NCBI GenBank assembly: GCA_013239625.1
Contig: MU054117.1
Location: forward strand, 4,268,677 to 4,332,676
Length of the DNA: 64,000 nucleotides
Direction of reading: 5' to 3'
Source of the DNA: Lama guanicoe
Lineage: Eukaryota
Shown piece by piece: positions 36,266 through 50,214 of the stretch (positions are counted from its first letter, which is position 1; each line of letters opens with the position of its first letter). The notes beneath the pieces were generated by a model. The model was not told the DNA's origin. It was given only the letters and a program-made list of their open reading frames with translations, and searched no databases. Both the position numbers and the translations under genes were made by a program.

Positions 36266-39200
36266 TTACACCCACGTGTAAGTGGATACTGACTAGCCCT
36301 AACTGAACCCACAGTCCGCATCATGTAATGTATTTGCAATGGTTCTATCCAGCGCCAGAGAGCTGGACACAGGTGACCTTAGGGCAGCCGTTCTAGGCTA
36401 AGTTATATACTATTCTACCTATATCTCCAGAAAAAAAGAAAGAAAGAAAAACACATACAGTCCACAGAATAACAAGAAAAAAATTCATAGCTCTTTTACC
36501 AAGAAGGGTCTTCCAAAGGTCATTCCATCTATCCCCCTGCCTCTGGCGGTCTGTCAAGAGCAATTTTCAAAGCACACCATCAGTAACGCAAAGAAACCCA
36601 CACACGCATGCATCCACATCAGACTTTCCAGAAGGAAGGGAGGAGTAAGTTTGCGTCTACCCTACCACCTCTTGCATCTGGCGGGGGGAACGGAAAAACT
36701 CGTCATCGGCGTAGCTGCTGCCCCGGAGCCAACAGCATGACCGCAGAGCCAAGTCTCTGTGAAATGCATCAGATCAAACTCAATGATCAATAATAAAATC
36801 AACAGCCTTCTCAAAGCCAACGGGGTTGAAACTCAGAATGGGTAAGCCTGTCATTTCTCTTGGGGCCATACAGCACACTCATTTTTGTGAGATTTACGGC
36901 TTTAACCAGTTTCTCCGGGTGGAGGACCATGTTACAGAAGTCAAAACTTTTGACTAGATAAGAGGTCAGGGTCAGGGGAGTCAGCGATGACATAATGACG
37001 AGAGGGGCTCACGGACCCCCGTCCTGCCAGCTTTCACAAGAGAAATCCAAACCGCTCGCAAGGGTTAACCAATCAAACCCAAAAATCCAACAGCCATACA
37101 GTCCAGTGGAAGAATGTTCCTTCATTAAACAAACAATGTGTCTGGAACACTTTTGGTCTCATTGTTCCATTCCAGGCTGGAGACTGAAGCTATAGAAATA
37201 AATGAGCAATTTCAATAATGCTCATCCTAGGCTGACTCTACTGGCAAATGGAGACTTCCTGGCTGGGGCTGAGAACTGAATTAACTCTTCCAGACTCTGG
37301 CTGGGGGCGTGGGTGGAGTTGGGTGGGTGGCTCGGGAGAGCAGAGAAAGATTTCAGAATGTCAACAACTATCGAGAGAGGATGGCTGAACAGCACTGAGA
37401 ACAAAGGTGGAGTCTTAGGGTCTTTAAGAAGGGCAGGGACGCCACGGGGAGAGACACCTCTAGGTTCCCAGTGGGGTTTTATGACCGGCATCCTGGTGGA
37501 CGCTGACCTGCGTCAGAAGATCTGTCACTGCCGCCCACCCCTCCTCCTATGGTCTGAAAGAAATAATGCTTCTCTCCAACTCAAGTGTCCATCAAGGCCC
37601 CAGGGACACCAGGCGGGGGCAGAGGCACAAGAGCAGGCTTAAAGTCTGCATTTCGCGGGTAGGGAACTCCGGCCTGGAGCGATTTCCTGGGACCACCTGA
37701 CTTCAGCACCTTCTACTCTGCTCTATCGTCTCCACTTCTTGGGGAAGGGAATTTGGAAAGCCGTGGCCCTTGGTGACACCCGCACACAGAAAGGCTGGCC
37801 TCTGCACAACACCCCCCCCCCCGCAGGCAGCTTCAGGGCCTGGCCTGCCGGCCGGATGGAGGACACTCACAGCTTGGTCAGACATCAGAGGGGCCCAAGG
37901 ACCAGAGCCATGGGACAGGTCTGCTTTCCAAGGTTCAGAGGAAGCCGACATCAAAGATGGGACAGGCGTTCGCTGGGTGGTCCGAGGAGCCCTGTGGGAG
38001 GAGTAAAGGGGAGTGCCCGCTCGCCCACATCCCCACACAGAGCTGCCTTTGTTTTCCTGACTCGCAGCCCAGGAGCAGATGAAAGCCCCAGGAGAAACCG
38101 CCAGGGCCCAGCCTGGCTCACACCAGAGTCGGGGGCACTGCCTAGTCCCCCCTGGGGAGGGGGTGGGCAGGGGGACAGAAGAGGCGGGGACTAAAGAGAA
38201 ATTCTGGAGCAGAGGATGACGTTAGAGCTGGATGGGGAGACAGGGAAGCAAGGAGGTGCACTGGGCAGAGATGGCCCCTGTGGCTTCCCCACCAGGGTTC
38301 TGTGGGAGCCCCCATCACTAGGGGGGCTCAGTGCCCACAGAGGCTCGGCCAGCCCTTCCCTGGCTTCCTGTCAGTCCCCAGGTAGGGGCTGAAAACGCTG
38401 TCAGTTACACATCCGAGGCTCCCCCCAGAGCCCACACTGACTGCAGGAGAGCGAGGATTCACCCAGGGACGAAGACGCCCACCCCCCCAGGGCAGGACGA
38501 CCAACCCTAAGGCGAACCAGACCCAGCAGGGCCATCTGCTCCAGGGCTTACCCAGAGCCACGGCCACGCTGCACAGGTACCCGCGGGAATGCCACTGAGC
38601 TGTTTGTTTAAGACGCACCCTGAGTGATTCCTCTCGCTCGGTCACTGATGCCATCGGCTGGAAATAGCACAAACACGGGGAGGGGGGGCTTGTACATGCG
38701 GACGTGTTTGACGTTGGCTCAGCTGTCGGGTCTCTGGCTGTTCTGGGCCCGGGGGAGCAGTGCGAGCCTTGGGCTGGGAGCTCAGGGCGCCAAGGCTCTG
38801 CTCTTCCACAGCCTGGATTTAGGGTCTTGGCAAGACATGCCTTCCTAGGCCTTGGCTTCTCTGTGAAATCAGGAGTTTGGATGAGACGACTGATGTCATA
38901 GGTCACTTCTAGCTCTGACATTTTCTGGGTTTATTTAATGCACTTTAAACAGTGCCGGCTATTTATAACTAATCATTGTTACAGCTAACGTCGATGGACC
39001 ATGACCTTTTCCTGAGTCAAAGGGTCTGAGCTTTGTAACACTGTGCCTGCGCCCGGAGAACTGGGCAAGCCGTGCGTCTCACAAGGCTGAGTGCCCTGTG
39101 ACGCCCCAGGAGAAATCACAGGACGGTTCTCACTTTCAATCTCTGTGCAGCAGACACCTCTCTAACCCCTTCACAAGCTGACTGAATCCCAACACTATAA

Positions 39201-41384
39201 GCATGGTCATAAGCATGTGTTGTCATCCCCATTTTACAGAGAGAGAAATTGAGGCACCGAAAAGTTAAAAACTTGGCCCCAGGTCAGGCAGATTGCAAAA
39301 AGTGGAGATAGGGAACCAGGTTTTCCACCCCTAGGCCCCGACCACTTAGCTCTGACATTCTGTGCCCACCTCCAACAGTAAATCAAGGGACGGGCATTTC
39401 AAATCTGGGCCTCTCGCCCTGCAAGGTGTCAAGCAACACGAGATCACGGCCAGGGTGGGCGGTGATTCTAGCTGCTGCCACAGGACCTTGTAAAATTCAT
39501 GAGGGAAGGGATGAAACTACTGGCATCTGCTCAGAACAGCAGCTTCAGTTTCAGACGTGTCACCCTCAGCCGTCCGCCGGACCAGCCTCCTAGGCAGACC
39601 GGGCAAGAGCAAACCTGAAAGCCTGTCCTTTCGCCCCCATCCCCACTCCTTCCCGCTGCTGGAACCGCACGTGTCTCCCAAGAAGAGAAGTCCCTGCGGG
39701 AGGGCAGGGTGGCCTGAGGGCAAGATCAGATCCCCGGGGGCCCAGAAGCCATCCCTGTCCCAGCCCAGGACGGCCAGCACCTTCAGCGCCATCCCAGGGC
39801 CGGGGAGAGGACCACAGCAACCCCGACACCAGGAAACTCTTCCAGGGGCCCCAGGGAAGCGGTCCAGCCTGCTTCGGGAGGGGGCACTGAACAGAAACAG
39901 CCATTATTTAGGACATTCTCAACAACCCATGACCTAGGACAACACGCTGGATCTGTGGATTGTTCTTGATCAGCGGGACAGAAAACGGACCAAACAAATG
40001 TGGAAGGAAGCCAGCAGGCAGAGCCGCAAGCCAGCTCTCTCTCCCCAGCATGGTGATGAAGGATGAACACCGCCCCGGGGCAGGGCTGCCAGTGGGGAGC
40101 AGAGGGGACCCCGAGGCGCAACCACCACCTTCCTATCCACCACCATCAACAATCTGGTTCAAAAATCTGGTTCTGATTTGCAGCAGCCATCCTCTGCCCG
40201 ATTCCACCAAGAGCGCACTACATTCTTGCTCTGCTAGTTCACCTCCCTCCGGCCCAGCCTGCTCTGGCCCCGCGTCAGATTAATATTCCCATTCCGTGGA
40301 AGTCGGACGAAATTTCCTCTGGTGGGGCTGACCTCTCCAGTCGGCGCTCGCTTGCCTGAGAGCTCACAAAGCCAGCGGCAGCCACCACCCCTTCCCCACC
40401 CCTGGGGTCCGGAAGCGTGAACACGCCGGGTGCCCCGACTCACAGAGAAAGTTATTAGGAAGGGGTGAAGCTTTACAAGGTGTCAGAGCTTTCACCGAGC
40501 TGGGGGGTGGGTGAGCCGATCTCAGGGTTTTGCAGAAAGAGAGGGACTGCCTCGAAAGTGCACTCAAGACACAGACCAGGCTCTGTCCGAGGCTCGTACT
40601 CACGAAGTAACGACCAAGGCTGGGCAGAGAGGCGTGGCTGCAAAAACAAAAGCTGAGATGGTAACAAAGGCCAGTATTTAACAAGCAGCTTAGCATACGC
40701 CAGGTACTACACTCAGGGCTTTAAATACAACAAAGCCAGCAAGTAGACACTATTCTTTCTCCCATTTTACAGGTGGGGCAAAAAAGTCAGCCTGAGAAAG
40801 ATTTGGTGACCTGCCCATGGTATCTATCAGTCAGTGCAAGAGTCAAGACTTGGACCCTGACCGTCCAAACTCAGAGTCCAAGTCCTTGACCACTTAGTAA
40901 CACTGCCAGCCTGATCTGAGTTCTTTGGAACATCCCTTAGAGCCACGCAATCCTTAATGAGTGACAATGGGGATGCTTTTGAGGACTGCCCACGGCTAAT
41001 TCAGACCCCTGACCCGTATGGCCCTGCCTCCCATTGGCTTACGGAGCCTGACACAAATCAACACGGACTCAAGGAGTGGAACACCCATCCACCGAGGTTA
41101 ACTCCAACCAGAGCCAACACAAACCCCCTTGTCTCTTTCTGGAGGTCCGTGCCACTGCCCCTCTCTGCAAGCAGGGAAAACCAGAAGTCACCTCAGATCC
41201 TGTCACCGGTGGTGCTCAGGAGATGCCTGGATGGGCCCCGAGGACTCCACAGAGTCCTGGTCTGGGACTTGGGACCTGCATTTCAAGAGGAGGGCTCTAG
41301 ACAGACTCCCCATCTCGGGCCCTTCCCAGCCTACAAATCTAAGCTGCCCTGACCATCCCAAGCAAGTTTAAACACAGAGAGGGG

Positions 41385-41930
41385 AAATTAGGGACTCAAA
41401 CAGGTATCTGTACCCCCATGTTCATAACTGCATCACTGTCACTAGCTGAAAGCTGGAAGCAACCCAACTGTCCAATGACGGATGAACGGATAAATAAAAC
41501 AAGGTGCACACACAAGATGGCATATTTAGCCTTAAAAAAGGAAGAGAATTCTGACACATGCTGCAACACGGATGAAACCTAAAGGGATCATGCTAAGTGA
41601 AATAAAAGGACACAGAAGGACAGTCACAAAAGGACATACATTGCCAATCCTACTTCTACGAGGTGCCTCTCCTGGTCAGACTCACAGAGAGAAAGAAGAA
41701 GGGTGGTGCCCGGGGCTGGAGTCAGAGCGGGCAGGGGAGGTGCTGGTGGTTCACGGGGACAGAGTTTTTGTCGGGAAAGACGAAAAAGCTCTAGAGCTGG
41801 ATGGCGGCGAGGGCTGCAGAACAACAGAACGTGCTTCATCTCATCCAACTGCACACTTAAAAATGGTTAGAACAGTAAATTGTATGTGATTTAAAATGGT
41901 ACAGATAATGTTACGTGTGTAATTGTTACT
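41385..41930 (+). mobile_element. L1MB-like 3' end
   Basis: cccatgttcataactgca...ggaagcaacccaactgtccaatgacggatgaacggataaa...ggggacagagtttttgt...cacttaaaaatggtta. Confidence 0.8.
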
Positions 41931-42011
41931 CAAAATGTGAATATTTAGACACAATAATATCATAGTAAATGTCACATCTCTTGAATCTAATAATTATTAA
42001 GATTTAGGCTT

Positions 42012-42106
42012 TTGTAAACTGACTATACTTCAATAAAAGATAGATAGGTAGGTAGATAGATAGATAGATAGATACCCAAAAAAAAAAGAAAAAAGAAAAG
42101 AAAAAG
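42012..42106 (+). mobile_element. Extremely truncated L1 tail with (GATA)n and poly(A)
   Basis: ttgtaaactgactatacttcaataaaa, then (gata)n, then an A-rich tract. Flanking direct repeat ttaggctt at 42004-42011 and 42107-42114. Confidence 0.65.
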
Positions 42107-42752
42107 TTAGGCTTGAATCTAAGAAAAAAAAGTGAAAAGGACTAAGAAATTAATAAAATTCATAATGGAAAGGAGCTATCTATAGTCACGAGCCTCAGAC
42201 CCCAGTGAAATGTCTTGATGGATTCACTGAAATATGGGGAAAGTGAAAGTTAAATCCGCCAATATTAAATTATTGAAGTAAGTAACCCTACCTGACCCAG
42301 CAGCACCCTCAGTGAAAATGTATGACTCGAGGCAGATGACTCACAACGGGGCCCTGAGAACCCACTGCTGCCACGACGGGGCTCTGACCCCCAGGGGCCG
42401 GTCCCACTGCTCTGCAGACATCGCCCGCCATGTTCAGAGGAAACGAGGGGTGACTACCCTAGTGAGCCCCTTCGCTGGGCTTCAGTTGGTTTTTTTCCTT
42501 CAGCCACTTTCTTAGTCATTGAACTACTGTTTTCTGTGCACCTTCTCTGTGCCGAGCACCGGATGATGCCCTGGAAGGAAGGGAGGGTGGGGAGAAGGGG
42601 CAGAGGAACGAACTTCTCTGAGCCCTTGCAATATGCCAAGCAGAGCTCGGAGCTCTTTACAGCATCACCTTCTAGGACCCTCACAGAAGCTCTGTGGGGC
42701 ACGGACTGCTGATGGCTCCACTTCTTTATTTTTAATGAAAAGGCAAAGTCTT

Positions 42753-43325
42753 TTTTTTCAATTGAAGTATAATCAAGTTATAATGTGTCAATTTCTGGTG
42801 TGTAGCACAATGTTTCAGTCATGCATATGCATACATATATTTGTTTTCATATTCTTTTCCATTGTAGGTTACTACAAGATATTGAATATCGTTCCCCATG
42901 CTGTACAGAAGGAACTTGGTTTTCATGTTTCATATATAGTAGTTAATATTTGCAAATCTCAAACTCCCAATTTATCCCTTCCCACCACCTTTCCCTCCGA
43001 TAACCATAAGTTTGTTTACTATGTCTGTGAGTCTGTTTCTGTTTCTGTTTCATAGGTAAGTTCATTAGCGTCTTTTTCCTTTTTTTAGATTCCACACATA
43101 AGTGATACCATAGGGTATTTTTCTTTCTCTTTCTGGCTTACTTCACTTAGAATAACAATCTCCAGGTCCATCCATGTTGCTGCAAATGGCGTTATTTTGT
43201 TCTTTTTAATGGCTGAGTAGTATTCCATTGAATAAATGTACCACAGCTTCTTTATCCAGTTATCTGTTGTTCCCACGTCTTGGCTATCGTTCATACAGTG
43301 CTGCTGTGAACATTAGGGTGCATGT
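42753..43325 (-). mobile_element. Young 5'-truncated L1 (ORF2 C-terminal remnant + 3' UTR)
   Basis: Encodes WIKKLWYIYSMEYYSAIKKNKITPFAATWMDLEIVILSEVSQKEK (typical L1 3' region). Perfect 18-bp TSD atgaaaaggcaaagtctt at 42735-42752 and 43326-43343. Confidence 0.92.
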
Positions 43326-44734
43326 ATGAAAAGGCAAAGTCTTAATGAGGAAGAAAAAGAAAGCTTTTGGTGGTCACACAGGGATTTGAATCCAGGTTTG
43401 TCTGGTCCCGACGCAAGAGTGCTTGGCCACCGTTCTACACTGCTTGTGCCTGAAGATGCAGAGATTGGGTCCCCATGATCCCTGCCCCCAAAGAGCTTAC
43501 ACGGAGCCAGGGAACAGCAGGACATACAGTTGGTTGTCCTCCAAGAAGAGATCTGCTAAAATGCGGGTCCATGCACAAGAGTCCAGGAGCCCAGGCAGGA
43601 GGACTCAGGACAGCTCCACAAGATGGGGCTTGCAAACTATAAGGTAAGTGTCTTTATCTCCTCCTCCTGGGAGCCAGGACCGTGTCCTCCCTTCTATACA
43701 CAACCCTCTGTCACATCAAATGGGCTACAGTGGGGTGTGCTGGCCACCAGATGGACAGCCAACCCAGGAAGGACAAAGTGGGGCTCGCAAGTAGAGGGGA
43801 GAAGAAGTTTTTTAGGTCAGTGCCTGACTGAGAAGTAAACCCTTCTTTGAAGGGGACGTTATGTCTTTGCGACGTGTCGGGTTTCACTTAGCAAAGCACC
43901 CCCTCCAAGGCTCTTTCCTGCCTCCTGGTGGCCTGGAGGACTCATGGCAGTTGTGCAAATAATGCAGGCCCCTGGGGCTCAGAAACGCAAGACAATCAGA
44001 GGCAGTGTGTCTGTGAACAAGCAAAGGCAGGTACTCAGGTGGAGAACAGGACTCATCAGGTGTGCGCCGCCTCTGGTCTGTGGTCTCTGGGGCTTAAAAT
44101 TCCTCTCTTTTTTTTTTTTTCTGCCTAGACCTGCATCTTGGGAAAACCAGTTCTTCCCAGAGGTGATAATTCCCACCAGTGCTGAGTCCTTGGCAGCATG
44201 GAAAATTTCCCCCTGGGGCTCTGGGGAAGGTGGCAAGGCCTCTTGTGGCCGCAGTTTCATTCCTTTAGTGCGCCAGCTGCCCTGAGATGCTGGCAGCCTC
44301 ACGCCAGTCCAGAGGCCAGAGCAAGATGTGCTTCGAGCTGGTCACACTGGGGCAACACTGGGTGATGGAAAAGAGATGAGGTCAGAGGGTAAAAAATTCT
44401 GGGTTAAAAAAATACGTATCTCAGGAAGAAATCCCCAGAGGGGAAAAACCCTGAAGGAGCCAATCCATGATTTCAAGCTCTGAAGGACATTCTAGCTAGA
44501 CATGTAAGTTTGGAAGCTCCCTTACCATAAAGATGGCAGCAGAGATGCTGTAAATAAAAGAAATCATCTTGAGAGTAAACGTAAGAGAAGAGAACCTGGA
44601 AGTAGGATTTGAAGCAGCTCAATATTTAAAAATCAATTAGAGCAGGATAACCCAGCCGAGAAGAATTTGGAGGCGCAACTAGAGAAGCCGGGGAGGACGC
44701 AGGCGGGCATGGGGCGCTTCAGGGAGGAAGGAAC

Positions 44735-44865
44735 GGGGGAGGGGAGCGCACGGCTCAGCTCAGTGGCAGAGCACGTGCTCAGCACGCACGAGGTCCTGGG
44801 TTCAGTCCTCAGCACCCCCAGTAAGCACATAAATCAACCTAATTACCTCCTCCTCACCCCCAAAA
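44735..44865 (+). mobile_element. tRNA-derived SINE (Vic-1-like)
   Basis: agctcagtggcagagcacgtgctcagcacgcacgaggtcctgggttcagtcctcagcacc...acctaattacctcc. TSD gaggaaggaa at 44724-44733 and 44866-44875. Confidence 0.85.
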
Positions 44866-47800
44866 GAGGAAGGAATGGTTAGCTGTGCTGAATGTTGCCA
44901 AAAGGTTAAGGAATCTGAGAACCAAAAAATTTCTGTTACGTTTAGCACCAAGTCGAGGACACTGGCCATCTGTATAAGAGTATCTGGGGTAGAGTGATGA
45001 GAACAGAAGGCAGACTGAAGGAGTTTGACCAAGAGATTAAGAACCGGAAGTAGTAAGTAAAAACAGCTTTGCAAGTGTGAGATACTCGTTATAAAATGCA
45101 GTGCTTACGATGGGATATTAGATACTAGCACAAGGACAGTCAAACAGACCAATGGAACAAAAGAGAGTCCAGATGCAGCCCCAGACACTAACCCCAGCCA
45201 CGCCGACCACTTAGCACCCCTCCACTGGAAGCGCTTTCGCGAACCTGAGAAAGTTCTCAAACTTCCATGGGCCTCCGTCTGTAAAATGAAGCAAGCAGGA
45301 AAGACTCTCCAAGGTCCCTTCCAGCTCTGACTTTCTGAGTCATCGGAGCTGACAATGAAATAAGATAGAAATTTTAAAAAACTGAAATAAAATCAATGCA
45401 GCCTTTGCAAAAAGAATCGGAGGAGCGCTGACTCCCCCTCTGCATTTCACTGGTGGCCCCTGCCACCCTGGCCCGGGCCCCTCCCCGGACAGGAAGCAGC
45501 CCGATCCCCCCTCTTCTGGGGCTCATGGCTTCATCTGCAGAGTATTTAATTAAAACTGGCGACGCCTGTTTGGAAAGGGCCGAGGCCAAGAGGGCAGGAA
45601 GGCGTCTCCTTGTTCTCAGCCCTGGGGACCCCCGAGAGGGCCCGACAGCTGGGACAGGCTCGGGCGGTCGCCCCCCTGCTGGCAGTGCTCGATGGCTTTC
45701 CAAGCTCATCTATTCAGATGTTCTCCTGGGGAGTCCCGGACTCCACTCCGGGTGGGGCCCCCTAGGCAGGGGAACCGGCTGTCCCCATCCCAGCCCCTCC
45801 ATGGTCTGCTTTCCGAAGGCTGGAAACCCACGTTTCCACGCCCAGCAAGCCTGCGGCAGCGGCGACTGCAAAGGGGACCTGGAGATGTTAGCAGAGCCGG
45901 GCAGGAAGTAACAACGAGCAGATTCAACCTGGAAAAATGCGGCCGCTGCATCTGGGGATAAATAATCAGAAACGCAAATACTCAGGTGGGAGGGAGACGC
46001 CTGGAACAGGAAGCGGCCAGACAGCACTTGGACAGGAGCGTGCAATGTGATCTAGTGACAGAGAAGTTGCTGGGGGATTCGGAGCTGGATGCATGGAGGC
46101 GACACCCAGCAAGAACAAGGAAGGAACGGGGTGGGGCTGAGCAGCTGCTCTTTGCTCCCGGAGGCCAGGGCTAAGCGGACCAAGGGGCAGATGGACATGG
46201 CAGCAGGAGAGGTTCGAGTCAGACTCTGGAAAGAACCTTGTCGCTACGAAGCAGAGGAAGAGATTATCCGAGGCGATGGAGAAATCCCTGGGAAGATGTC
46301 TGAAGGACCGGGACACAGGAAGCCTGTCCCAGAGGCAGGGGCCTGGCCCAGATGACCTTCAGACATCCCATGCCGTCCACCCAGGAACACGAGATCCTGC
46401 AGAAAACAGCAAGCTGACCTGCCTGTAGACACCACAGGAGACAGGAGGTGGAGGAACCCAAACCAATTGAAAACACTGGAATTTAAGATCTGGGGAAAGT
46501 CACGTGACCCATCCTGAGTCTGAGACCAGGCTGGGAAAAGAGCTCCAACCTGCAGACGGCCAGGCTCCCCGCTCCTTAGCCTCACAAGGAAGATATTTTC
46601 CAATCCTCCTGCTGGCTCCATGGCCTAGGACATGGGAGGCTCACAATGAGGCTCCTGAGACAAATCCCCATGGACTTCAGACCCAGTGGGGCCAATCAAA
46701 TGCACACCATCCGACCTGCTCCCTCACCAACGTATGGTTGCTCTGGAGGGAGTTAGGTTAGACCTCAAGAAGAACTTCCCTCCTGAGTTTTGAGACACTG
46801 CACAAGCAAGCAACAGAGGCAGTTTATCTTCTCTCTTCCTCTGTTAGGTTCATGGCTCCACGGTGCTTCGGGCTGTCAAGTGCACCGCATCGCTCACTGA
46901 GGCGCCCTGAGAAAGGTGGAGGTGTGTCTCACTTCAATCAAATGAGATTTGGAAGTGTAGGTTTAGAAAGCAGACAAATTAGGCTGCATTTTTTCACTTT
47001 GAAAAAAGGACTCTGCAACAAGCTACATTAATACACTTAAAATGTGATGAGAATTTTTAAGGCAGGGGTTCAGTGTAGTAGGCGAGACCTGTAGCTCGGA
47101 CCAGGGCATGCAGCTGGATAACTGATCGTGCAAAGGTCCCCGTGTTTCTGGGTGCGTCCTCCTGGGGACCAGTCAGCCTTCTGGGGAGGTATCTGATACT
47201 GGGTTCTAGCTCTTGGGCAAACTTTCCAGAGACTCCAGAAAGAAAATAAAAAAGCTCTTAGAAGTCGGTGGTGGGGAGGACAGTTCTCCAGGGCATCTGG
47301 ACAACTGGCAGGTGTTAGAGTCTAATGCCGGTCCATGAAGCCAGGTCAGAAGAGGGATGGGAGTAATTAGTGTGGGAGAGTACAGCTCGTTTACAGACAG
47401 GTCAGGATCAGCAAAAGACAGAAGACTTTTATGGATTTGGGACCTGAGGTGAAGGAACTAGAATGGTAACCATACGGAGCTTCTGGTACCTACCAGGCTC
47501 CACTCTAGACACTCCGACCTATGTTCTCTCACTTAATCCTTTGTTTCCTTGGCAACTACCAAGTACCCCCGATGGGCATCAGATGAGGAGACCAAAGCGG
47601 TCGGAGGCATCACACGATTTGGCCATGGCTATGCATCGCTTAGTGGCTGAGCCGGGATTCCAACCCGACTTTACACTAAGATTTTCTCCTCCAGGAAACC
47701 TTCCAGCCCCGCCCCTCCTGGTTCCAGTCACTGTAGCTAGGATGTGCGCAGACGCAGATACGTGGGCAACGGGTCTGTGCAGACAACATGCGGTTCCCAA

Positions 47801-50214
47801 AACCAGCAGAGGTGAGTGCAGCAACAATCCACCACCGCCCCTCGGTCCTGGAGGGCCTCACACTCTGTGTTTGGGGGAGGAGGACCCCAGTGAATCCGTC
47901 TGGTTCAGCTTGGCTCAGGTCAAGATTAATGACTGCATTATCTTCCATTTCCTGCACATCCTAATGGCAGGCGGGGATGACCCAGAATGCAGGAGGCTGT
48001 GAGCAGATTAACCGCTCGCCCTCCATTCATGCCCCTTCATGGAATAACCTGCACATTTACAGGTCACCCTGCGTGACAGTGAGAAACTGTCTGCCTTCTG
48101 TTCCCTTCACTAAACACTGACTTCCCCAAATGTGCTGACCACACCATCGTCCTCCTCCTCATCCGCACACAAGGGGCTCTCCATCCCAAATGTTGCCTGG
48201 CCGGGTGGGCACTGGGCTCCAATGCAAGGAGCTTATGAAGGCAGAGGTACAGGAAGGAGAGAGGTCTGTCTGGGGCCACGGTCCTCAAAACAGGAAAGGG
48301 TTGATACGGCTTGAGTTCCCGGGCCCTGATCCATCTGCCGGTGCCCAGTACACCACCATCACCTAAAGCTTTGGTTCTTATTTAAAATGCAAAGCCAGGC
48401 CACACTGAGGGGTCTGAATGAAAGACCTGAGAGTGATGTGAAAGAGGGAGAGAGATGGGAGAGCCAGATAGGAGAAGCCACAGAAGACGGGGCCGAGCGC
48501 CCAGGACAAAGGGGTCCTGCCACCATCCCTGCTGATGCCCGTGGGCAGGTACGGGCGGTACACGTGCGCAGGGCTCCTCCCAGCCCTGCTCCCAGGGGGA
48601 GCTGACAGCGGACATTCCATGCTGGCTTACTGTCCTCCCTGCCGGGGCCCCAAAGTGGCTCCGGACACCACACTGCCCTGTGCACCACAGCACCTATTCT
48701 CTCCCCAGGCCTTGCAGAGTCACCTCCAGACACACCCCCCAGGAACCCCAGCCGCCTCTCACCACGCTTGCTGGCTCTGGATCCACCTGACTGTCTCAAG
48801 GGAGGCCCCGAGAAGATTGATTCCTGCCACAAACACAGCGCGTGGGTAACTAAAGGTATCTGCAGGGATCCAGCCGTTCCCCAACCCGTGACCGCCCACC
48901 TCGGCAGGGAAGAGGGGAGACGGAGCAGAGAGGTGAGGAGAGAACACTCTCAAGTTCAGAGGCTCCCTTCTCTCCTGAACCTGCACTGGTGGCTGACAGC
49001 CCCGATGGCGAGACTAAGGACTCCCCGTCCCCACACCAAGCTCGGGAGGCAGAAGCATTACCCCCGGGGTGGGGGTGGGGGGCTGCAGTGACTGAGACTC
49101 AGACGCAGGGTCTGAATCCCTTACTGGCACTGGCTGGGACTCTGACCAAGTAACCCAGTTCTCCTTCCTGAAAAATAAAGGCAGTCACAGCACATCCTCC
49201 ACAGGGTTGTTACAAGGATGGAATGAGTTGCTTTATGTTCCTAGAACAGTAGAAGTGTTTTTGTCATGACTGACTCCTCCGAAAGCAGCAGGAGATGCTC
49301 AGGGAGAGAAGGGTCCAGATTCCCAAGGCCCTCGTGGTGGGAGGGAGAGGACAGGTGCTCCTGGCAACGCTGAGAAGGAGATTTCTGGTGATGGGACGAA
49401 AGCAAGGTCGCAGGGCCAGAGGGAGAGAACCAGAGAGGGAGGGAGGATGGGAAGACAGGGGAAAAAAAACAGAAAAACCACTGACAACCGCCAGGGCTCA
49501 ACCTCCTCCTGCAGCAGGTCCCCAACATCCCCTCCACGCTGCACCTGAGGGCAGCCTGAAGGGCTCGGGTTTGCCCCACAGGTGTGCGCTCTCTCCTCTG
49601 GTTTTTGCCCCCCTCTGCCCGCTCCTCGGGGTGGGTGGCTCTGAGCGGCTGCAGAGGGCTCTGGCATTTCCTCCCCTGCTTGGGGAAGCTGGGGCAGGAG
49701 GAGAGGCAGGAATGGGAGTGGCTCACTGGACAGAAGCGGGAGGAAACGCGGGCAGGGCTCCAGGCTGCTGAGCGTGCGGGCGGGACCAGGGGAAAGGGAG
49801 AGGGTTCCAACTTCGTGGGAAAGCCTTCCCTGCCAACTCCAGCTCTTGGGGACTGCCCCCTCCTCGAGCAGCCCTGCAGCGCACAGCCTGCTACACGTTG
49901 TGCTTCAGACTGCTTCAGCAAAGGTTGTTAAGTACCTACTATGTGTCCACACTCTGTGCAAACAAAAAGGGAAGATGTAACAGTCCCTGTTCTCCAAGTC
50001 TTCAATCTATCCGAAGACAAGTGAAACTCCAGAGGATGCACTAAGTGTTTCGGTAGCTTTGCCCAAGTACAGGGAGCATTAGATTATGGACAGAGCATCA
50101 CAGAACAGTTTTAAATAATGAAAAAGTTAGTCCCTTTTCAATTATCCTGAAAAGATAAAGGCTCCATTTGGTGTCAATGTATCTTTAACCTCTCTGACAC
50201 TACCTAAACTTCCT

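Noticed and set aside
34776..36339. Long HPSI/MDGW-repeat ORFs (up to 499 aa)
   Set aside because: Translation artefacts of the (GGAT)n array and N gap.
43085..43294. 69-aa ORF with protein-like sequence
   Set aside because: It is the decayed end of an L1 element, not a host gene.
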